Shown here in pieces: positions 63,160 through 64,000 of a stretch of 64,000 nt of DNA (positions are counted from its first letter, which is position 1; every line of letters begins with the position of its first letter). The translations under genes and the position numbers were made by a program. The stretch is from Candidatus Peribacter sp. (GTDB lineage: Bacteria > Patescibacteriota > Gracilibacteria > Peribacterales > Peribacteraceae): contig JAUSKD010000010.1 of assembly GCA_030647195.1 (NCBI GenBank), positions 197-64,196 of the forward strand. The letters are read 5' to 3'. A model generated the notes under the pieces. It saw only the letters and a program-made list of their open reading frames with translations, was not told the DNA's origin and made no database searches.

Positions 63160-63435
63160 TTACTCGCGGGAGTCCTTCAGGCCTTCCATGACGGCAGCCA
63201 GACGCCCCTGGAATCCATCAGTCCCGGCGTCAACTTCGATGTCACCCAGCTCGCCGTATGGAAGCCCCGAATCCCGGTCATCCGGCGAGGGTTGCCCGTC
63301 GACATTGTGCCACTGACGCGCTTCTTCATTCTCCCCCGCATCGGTCATGACCACATCGATCACCGATGATCCGGCTTGGCCTGTTTCTTGCTGTGCAAGG
63401 AGCTGATTCCAGTCTTCAGGTGATCCGCAAGGCAT
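63160..63435 (-). CDS. hypothetical acidic protein (91 aa)
   Basis: ATG c63435 is preceded by a CU-rich tract (cccatttctttcccccattcct). Composition is coding-like. I recognise no family. Confidence 0.4.
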   Translation of the reverse strand: MPCGSPEDWNQLLAQQETGQAGSSVIDVVMTDAGENEEARQWHNVDGQPSPDDRDSGLPYGELGDIEVDAGTDGFQGRLAAVMEGLKDSRE

Positions 63436-63493
63436 AGGAATGGGGGAAAGAAATGGGTGACAAGCTAATCCCCTGCCCTGCACAATGCAAGTG

Positions 63494-64000
63494 ATGAAAC
63501 GACTCCCAATTCTGCTGGCTCTTTGCCTCCTCACGGCCTGTTCTGCACAGCCCGAAAGATCCGCAACTTCCTCTGCATCCTCGGATTCTTCTGTTTCCTT
63601 TCATTCCTCTATTTCTTCTGATTCTTCTTATTCCTTTATTTCTTCTTCATCCTCTCCATCCTTTCCATCTTCCCCTCTCCCCTACACCGTCCGTCTCTCC
63701 GTCCCCTTCTCGCCCCAGGCTCCCTCTGCCAACTGGGATGCTCTCCACGAAGAGACCTGTGAAGAAATGAGCCTGCTCCTCGTCCACCACTATCTGGCAG
63801 GAACCGACATCAATCCTGAGCAGGCGGAATCCGAGCTCCTCGCACTCACGTCATGGGAAACGGAGCACCGCTTCTCGCAGGATGTGACGGTTCAGGAGCT
63901 GGGAAAGATCGCAGAGGAGTACTTCGGCTACCGTTTCCGCATGATAGAAGATCCGACGGTAGATGGTCTGAAGCGCCTGCTTGCAGACGGCCACCCCGTG
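63494..64000 (+). CDS. lipoprotein with peptidase C39-like domain, N-terminal part; gene runs off the right edge
   Basis: Absent from the ORF track because there is no stop in the window. My translation is MKRLPILLALCLLTAC|SAQ (lipobox), then a Ser-rich linker. It continues VPFSPQAPSANWDALHEETCEEMSLLLVHHY, which resembles the Peptidase_C39_2 / YvpB-like N-terminus. Confidence 0.65.
   Translation, partial: MKRLPILLALCLLTACSAQPERSATSSASSDSSVSFHSSISSDSSYSFISSSSSPSFPSSPLPYTVRLSVPFSPQAPSANWDALHEETCEEMSLLLVHHYLAGTDINPEQAESELLALTSWETEHRFSQDVTVQELGKIAEEYFGYRFRMIEDPTVDGLKRLLADGHPV

Overview
GC-rich (by eye about 55-60%, not computed) bacterial chromosomal segment that reads with the standard bacterial code: TGA, TAA and TAG all end conserved genes at the expected lengths. 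I call about 55 protein genes and 4 tRNAs (Gln-UUG, Pro-UGG, Arg-UCU, Ser-GCU; all on the minus strand, all with encoded CCA). I see no rRNA, CRISPR array, transposase, integrase, phage module or recognisable defence genes. Housekeeping genes are scattered singly or in pairs rather than in classical operons: wecA/mraY-type GT4, M23 peptidase, tsaE-HD fusion, ZIP transporter, rarA, miaA, clpP, tgt, rplU, pth, lepB, secE-nusG, acyP, murJ, lemA-TPM, spoU-type methyltransferase, a lone atpG, purQ, pyrH-frr, pyk, rsmH-ftsL, an L,D-transpeptidase, ROK glucokinase and transaldolase. The dominant feature is six large repeat-modular envelope proteins rich in Cys, Asp and Ser (5946-9623, 17013-28016, 34402-40032, 40064-42400, 51485-52981, 56822-58810). 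By my coordinates these cover about 26.1 kb, or 41% of the window, and include one uninterrupted 3,667-aa ORF. Two of them share a conserved C-terminal tripartite sorting-like signal, and a DsbA-like protein lacking its CXXC motif sits immediately upstream of the pair. Several unusual patterns are visible at the sequence level. (i) At least 20 genes carry a -10-like TAnnnT hexamer only 6-9 nt before the start codon, which implies leaderless transcripts. (ii) Most other genes have pyrimidine-rich CCTCC-containing leaders instead of Shine-Dalgarno sites. (iii) Intergenic hairpins are built from tandem 7-8 nt units, and one unit family also occurs inside coding sequence (tgt). (iv) An identical 29-nt palindrome sits at two convergent gene junctions. 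(v) A REP-like element is present in two copies. (vi) The tRNA-Pro leader plus 5' half is partially duplicated in tandem. Lineage cannot be assigned without a marker search. A small-genome, CPR/Peregrinibacteria-like or otherwise operon-poor organism is only a low-confidence guess. All protein calls rest on motif recognition by eye, not on database searches.
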